This document shows, one piece after another, positions 57,757-64,000 of a stretch of 64,000 nt of DNA (position 1 is its first letter; the number at the start of each line of letters is the position of its first letter). This DNA comes from Bigelowiella natans CCMP2755 (taxonomy: Eukaryota > Protista > Cercozoa): the NCBI GenBank assembly GCA_000320545.1, contig ADNK01000693.1, forward strand, positions 1 to 64,000, written 5' to 3'. Below the pieces are notes generated by a model. It searched no databases. It was not told the origin of the DNA and saw only the letters and a list, made by a program, of their open reading frames with translations. The position numbers and the translations under genes are program-made.

Positions 57757-60590
57757 ACCGTCCTCTCCTCCCAGCCTTGTATAAGATCAGATTGCTTTGA
57801 TTCTGGATACAAAATCGCCACGTTCCATGATAAATGATGGGTAGAGGAGGAGGACGAGGAGGACGAGGACGAGGACGACGATGACACCTAACAACAAATG
57901 TTTAATATTTGTGATTCTGTCCATCTTCACAATATGTAAAGGATGATGATGATAATGATGATGATGATGATGATGATGATGATTATGACGATGACGATGT
58001 AAGGGAATGCCTTCACTGATTTTTTTAAAAGGGTTGAGAAGAGAGGATAAAGGGGGGGAGAACGGAAATTGCAGAAAAATAAAAATAAGAGGTTGTTATT
58101 GTTGTTGTTGCTATTGCTGTTGTTCCTAATGGTGTTTTTGGTGTTCTACGTTATTCGTGCAAAGCAGCTCAGGTTTATAAGCTGCCAGCATCTGATTCAT
58201 AGGAGCTCCTAGTATAGTAGGGAGTAGTCGATGAAAACACAGAAGAACGTGTTCATTCGCAAAGGAGAAAATGAAAACACAGAAGAACGTGTTCATTCGC
58301 AAATGAGAAATGTAGCAGCAGTAGTGTTCTTGTGAGGCGGATTTCAGAAGCTGAAGAAAGACTCGCCCATTTACATGAAACAATAGCACATGTGAATAAT
58401 GATTATAATTGTTGTTTGGGATGTAGTAGTTATTGTTCTGAGCAACAACACACTGTAGTCGTAGTAGTAGTGGTAGTAGTAGTAGCAGTACCTATTAGAA
58501 TCCCCCTGTCTATTATGGCCTTCGTAGTAGTAGTAGTAGTGGTAGTAGTAGTGGTAGTAGTAGTAGTATCCCAAAACGCCACGAATCGTGAGAAGGAGGA
58601 GGAGGATGATGTGAGAGAAGATATGCACACAACCCCATGTTAAAGAGTAAATGTAGTGAGGGGGGAAGGAAAGACTGTTTACAATTGATTCATCAATCTC
58701 CTCTCTGTTGTTCCCTTTCCATCCCTTCCTCCTAATCCTCCAACCTCTTCTTCCTTTCTCTCCTCCTCCTCCTCCTCCTCCCCCTCCATAGCAAAGCACT
58801 ACCACCACCACCACACCTGTGCTAGCATTGTCGCATTGAAAGTAGCCTCAAATTCAATTGTCTTAGTCCTGAGAAGCTTTTCATATATCTCTTCGATCTT
58901 CTGCATACTTCGTGTGGTGAAGGTGGTGATGGTGGAGAAACAACCAAAGAATAAGCAAAGAAACATAAAGGGGAGAAATTAGGGAGAGAGCGATGAAGTA
59001 ACGATGTTATTAATATCTATTATCGATAGAAACTGCTCCTCCTTTTCCTCGAGCGAACATCATTTAATATAATTCCGACGTGAAGAACAAACATTAGGAG
59101 AACAAATGCACAATAATCCTGATTACTTCATAAGGTATTATTATTATTATTATATATTGTCACATTCTAGAATTGCAGATTCTTGCATTTGTCTCTGTCC
59201 TTCTACTGCTATTCTCAAAAAAGGGAGGGAGGGGTATGCAACGATATCTTGCTGCTGTATTAAAACCACCACCACCATCACCTGTTTGACTTGCCGCTAT
59301 TATTATTATTGTCATTCCCCACGGTATGATCATCATCATCGTCGCCTAAGCAATGGTGGCTAGCGATCTTGCACAAGAGCAATCCCTGCTTGCTGGTAAT
59401 ACATATACATATATTATAAGTATTTAAATTTGATGTAGGCAGTGTAATGATAACTTTCAGTGCCATAAGTACTGTCGCCGTGAATAAAAAGCGAACCAAA
59501 GTTGTTTACTCACATATCCCCAATGTGCATGCACGCCTCCGCTCCTACAAGAAGTATAGATATTATACCAGCAGGGTTGCGTGTTGTTTTTAAAATTACG
59601 GTATCATAGATGTATATGTATATGTCGTAGTAGAAGTGGTAGTAGTACCCCAAAAAAAGTGAGTTATTATATTCAAAAAAATAAATGTAAAATAGTTATT
59701 TATAATGCAGGCTATAGAGAGCGTCATACAGCTCCTCTTCCTCCTCATCCTCCCCCTCTTCTTTCATCTCTGTACTCCATCATTTATGCACCAGCTTTTC
59801 CTTACCTCTTCGTGCAACTTTGTAGATTTTTTTTGAGTAAATTTGAAGCTGGTGGGCTAGTTCATGATGACGATGATGATGATGATAATGATGCCGATGT
59901 GACTGCTGTCCTTGATTATCGTGGTCACCACCCTTCTTCTCCTTGGCAGAGTGTTTTCCTTCTTCTTCTCCTTTTTCTTCTTCAGTTCCCTCTTTGATTA
60001 CCTTTTCCTGCTCTCTAAAGGTTGATATACTCACCAGAAATCTCTCACGAATGCTCTCAGGAAGATGTGGTAATATCTGAAGTAGAAATATATAGGTTGT
60101 ATTAAATGTGACTGCAATCACTCTATGCTACAACAAAAACAACAACATGAACAACTACTATTACTGCTGCTGGAGCTGATGCTACAATCAATAGAAAGAG
60201 ATGTACTTAGAAAAAGAAGAGAGGTGATGAGTAGCAACACATAATAACACGCAAGACCGTATTTTGTGGAACTACATTGATAATCTCAGTAAGGTGCGAC
60301 GTTACGGTTGTTGCGTATTATTACGAGTGTGAATGTGCTAGGGTGTGTCCTATATCTGACTCTTTTTATCGTACATGGTTCTCAACTTCAACCCAGTAAT
60401 AATCTATTGCCACAAAAGCATCTGCCATGCATCTAGATTGTTCAAGATGATGATCATCATCATCAAAGGAAGAAGAAGAAGCAAGTAACAGCTGTTTATA
60501 ACTATGAAAAAGAACCTAGTTGTTATTTCTGGTGTTTAGATACCATCAACCACGTCCATTCTCCAGATATATACACACATAATATATATA

Positions 60591-60632
<42 letters not shown>

Positions 60633-62191
60633 CGCTCTCCCTCTTCTTCCTCTTTCCAACTTACTTTTTGTAGTTTCTCAAGTATAGGTTTGCGAGACAC
60701 CGGTTGCTGTAGCATGCAGCCTAAGGAAGAAGAAGAAGAAGAAGAAGAAGAAGAAGAAGAAGAAGAAAGTGGTTTATGTTATCCGAAATCAAATTGGAAT
60801 AATTGTTTGCTTCCCTTCCCTTAGAGTAGTGGAAATTCCTTTATTCTTTGGCCACAGTATGATGGCAAAATAACAAGGAGAAAAGAAGGAGGAAGGGAAT
60901 GCAAGGCGAAGACCCTCCCCTCTTATTTGCTCAAACACGCACAGCTGCTAACAATAATTTCATCATATTATATCATATCAAAGGAGGAGCTTTCATCATC
61001 ATCATCATCATCATCTTCTTCTTCTTCTTCTTCCTTATCAGAGTAGTGGTCTCTCTTCTATGTTGATGTGTGTTACTACTAAACAACCAGAATTGTTTTA
61101 TTGGTGGTGTGAAGTGCATTCATGATCGCTGTGTCATACGAGCTTGTTGCCATTCTAAATGATGTATATCGGTTGGTTGCAAGAAGTAAGAGATTACTTA
61201 TAATTGGTGATGTTCTATCAAGATGCTGCACTACTACGATGTTTATTAAAGATGGTCAATCTCTTATGAAAGGAGGACTCACTCACCGTAAAGCACCACG
61301 GAGTGTAGAGTATAGTGGCGCAGTATCTACCAACAGAATAATATCAACATTACTGACGGTTTGCATGTCTTTTAATACGTGCTCTGTTGTGTGATTGTAA
61401 CAGGTCAATGAAGGACACCCAAAAGTAACAGTGAAGAAGACTAAATAATAATGATGATGATGATGATGATGATGATGATGTAGTATCTCCAAAAGGGCAA
61501 AACTCACAGCGTAAGCAACATCATAACATAACCAACCAACCGTATTCTCTATTCAGTAGTTTTTTGCCAATGTCTTGTTTCCTCTCACCCGATTTTGCTT
61601 TTACTCTCTTCTCCTCCTCCCCTTCCTCATCATCCTTGCCATCAATTTTGCTGTCTTGGAATCTAGACAGAAGCTTTTGGCGGTGATGGAGGATCTTTGG
61701 ATATGAACAAACCCAATACATTTATGTTTTATTATCATTATGAGTCATCATCGGCACATACTGTGATGTAGAGGTGTTGTACAGCTGTTATAAACAGGGA
61801 GGGAAGGGGGGGGATGGGTTTATATTAATTTATGCACGTGATACACAAATAGTCATGGGACTCATCATCGTACCTTCTCTATTGCAGCGTGGGTTTCAAT
61901 GCCTTTTAACTGCGTGAAGGAGGGGGAGGAGGGGGAGGAGGAGGAGCAGGAGGAGCAGGAGGAGGAGGTGGTGGAGGAGGAGGAGGAGGATCATAGTTAC
62001 TAGACATGCTTCATATGGAGAGATTATTGTGCTTTCTTTTACATAAAATTCTGATATGATTAAATCAGATACTTGATATTTGTTGATGATTGTGTTGAAA
62101 TGGTTTGTGGAACAACCAATGCCACATCTCCAGATCCCTTGCTCTGATATACCTTCTCATCCTTACGCTAGTAGAAGTAGAAGTAATAGTG

Positions 62192-62224
<33 letters not shown>

Positions 62225-62380
62225 ATAGCAAAGGTAGAAGAATGAGAAGAAGAAGAAGAAGAAGAAGAAGAAGAAGAAGAAGAAGGAGAATACCAATCGG
62301 CGATAAAACATTTGTTGTTGTGCTTTCGTTCGTGAGAATTTGTAGTAGTTGCAATAGAGAAGACTACTCGAATTCTTTAA

Positions 62381-62421
<41 letters not shown>

Positions 62422-62543
62422 TTATATGTTCTTCGAGTAATAGGTAGAAATTGTGAAAAATCCGCAGTAAATAGTATACATATGATGTCTTTCACTATGT
62501 GCACCACCGCCACCACCACCACCCTTCCCGGCACAACTATTAT

Positions 62544-62575
<32 letters not shown>

Positions 62576-62851
62576 TCAATATTGCCGTTTATTATAAATG
62601 GTAGCTTCAATGCAGAGGTAATATCAACCCTGGGTGGAATCTTGATATTCGTGATGTTGGGCAGCACCTCCCTCAATATCTACGGAAAAAGAAAATTGAG
62701 AAAAACAATGGTTGCATACGACAACATCTTTCGCAAATGAATGAATAGGATTTTTTTGTTTCAAAACATTTGTACTGTAAGTAGTAGTTAGATCCCTCTA
62801 TTGTCGCAAAATTAGAGGTACTAGAAGTAGTCAACAGTAGTAAATAGTAGT

Positions 62852-62883
<32 letters not shown>

Positions 62884-63586
62884 AGTAGTAGTAGTAGTAG
62901 TAGTAATGGTAGTACCGCTTTGGAGAGATTGGTCGTAATCTCGAAAAGGTCCTTCTTTCGCTGTGCCACCACGCCATCTAAAAGAATGAGATCATCATCA
63001 TCACCATGATTTCATGGTTATAACAGACAATAATAGGAGATGCCGATGAGGGCGTAAATCTTTCAATTTACACGGTATTTACCAAAGTGAAATTACACAA
63101 GTCGTCAATAAAAAAATAGTAGACAGAGAAGTTGATGAAAGAAATAACTACCGGTGTCATCATCACCTGTATCATCACCTTAGTGCTACCTACCACTGCT
63201 GCTACTGCTGCTACCACCACAACTGCTACTACTACTACAACTATTACTGCTCCTACTATTGCAAAAGGTCTGCTGCTTCCTCCTCCTCCTCCTCTTCCTC
63301 TTCCTCTTCTTACCCATTATCGGCGTATTATCCAAATCAGTGATAGACCTTTGGATTACTTCTTCACCCTCTGATGATGATTATAGAGCACGGTAGTAGT
63401 AAGTAAGAACCAGGAACATCACAAATAGGACACACTAATCGAAAATGATGCTAACTGACATTTGGTTGTTTGTTTCTATACTCTATATTCGCTGTTGTCT
63501 GTGATTATCGTGAACTGTTATTTTTATATTGAGGAGACAAGTGACCGACTTTTCTCCTGTTTCCTCAATATACTTCTCTCTCTGTG

Positions 63587-63628
<42 letters not shown>

Positions 63629-64000
63629 GGTCTCTGTACTGGTGCGAGTTTACGTGTACGGCTAGATATCTCAATATATTTGTAGCGCACAAACTGTGTG
63701 TGCGTGCGCGCGTTTGAGAGAGGGGAAGGGGGGGGAGTGCGTGTAAGACTGAATGTTCGGGAAAGTAGTACTCCTAGAGCTGTTGAGATAGTTCTCCGCT
63801 GCAAGTTCACGAGCCTTTCTGATCTCCTTTTCTGACATCTCACGTCTTTTTTCTGGGGCAAACTCGGGGATTACCTCTAAACACACACAAGCACACGCGA
63901 ACGTGCACACATTTCAATGCATATCAGACGCTCGTCTTCCGAAGGAGCAGCCTCACAAACTATTATAGATGGTATTATACATAATATTGTGCATGTGCAT
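56386..64000 (-). CDS. Multi-exon gene with C-terminal TTC4/Cns1 'wheel'-like domain; 5' end beyond window
   Basis: LSWNVAILYPESKQSDLIQGWEE (~57770-57835), LPWDSKNIY, and the terminal VVPWIPMLYAVPKDGLSPSRKD* resemble the Cns1/TTC4 wheel. Upstream exons are unassigned and this could be more than one gene. Confidence 0.5.
58231..58310. repeat. Intronic 40-bp tandem duplication
   Basis: atgaaaacacagaagaacgtgttcattcgcaaa(g/t)gagaaa x2. Confidence 0.85.

Noticed and set aside
62080-62604. Poly-R/S/I/L/T ORFs here and throughout the ORF track
   Set aside because: Translations of intronic microsatellites, not genes.

Overview
Intron-rich, microsatellite-rich eukaryotic nuclear DNA. A chlorarachniophyte-like secondary alga is inferred from bipartite-looking leaders on two PPR-containing proteins. 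The window holds one structurally complete Ty1/copia LTR retrotransposon (1834-6996, minus strand). It has 277-bp LTRs that look identical, a 5-bp TSD AGGAA, a half-tRNA-iMet primer site, TG...GA termini and one frameshift in integrase. About 12 host genes are present: PA200/PSME4, a 3-CNB cyclic-nucleotide-dependent kinase, a PPR-TruD fusion, a RavA-like AAA+/vWA fusion, cytochrome b561, a PPR protein, a DSP pseudophosphatase, an RCC1-repeat protein, a TTC4/Cns1-like protein and three unknowns. From PA200 onward they alternate strand strictly. The most striking signal is a regional, context-specific loss of TpA. In the LTRs, the LTR flanks and tail-to-tail intergenic DNA (strongest at 45361-46180), TpA is scarce or nearly absent, survivors are mostly CTAG/CTA/TAG, and CpG is retained. 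Tyr codons conserved in copia elements appear as His/Cys/Arg. This fits a 'reverse-RIP' TA->TG/CA DNA hypermutation system acting on both strands. Gene models were spliced by eye; several 5' ends are approximate.
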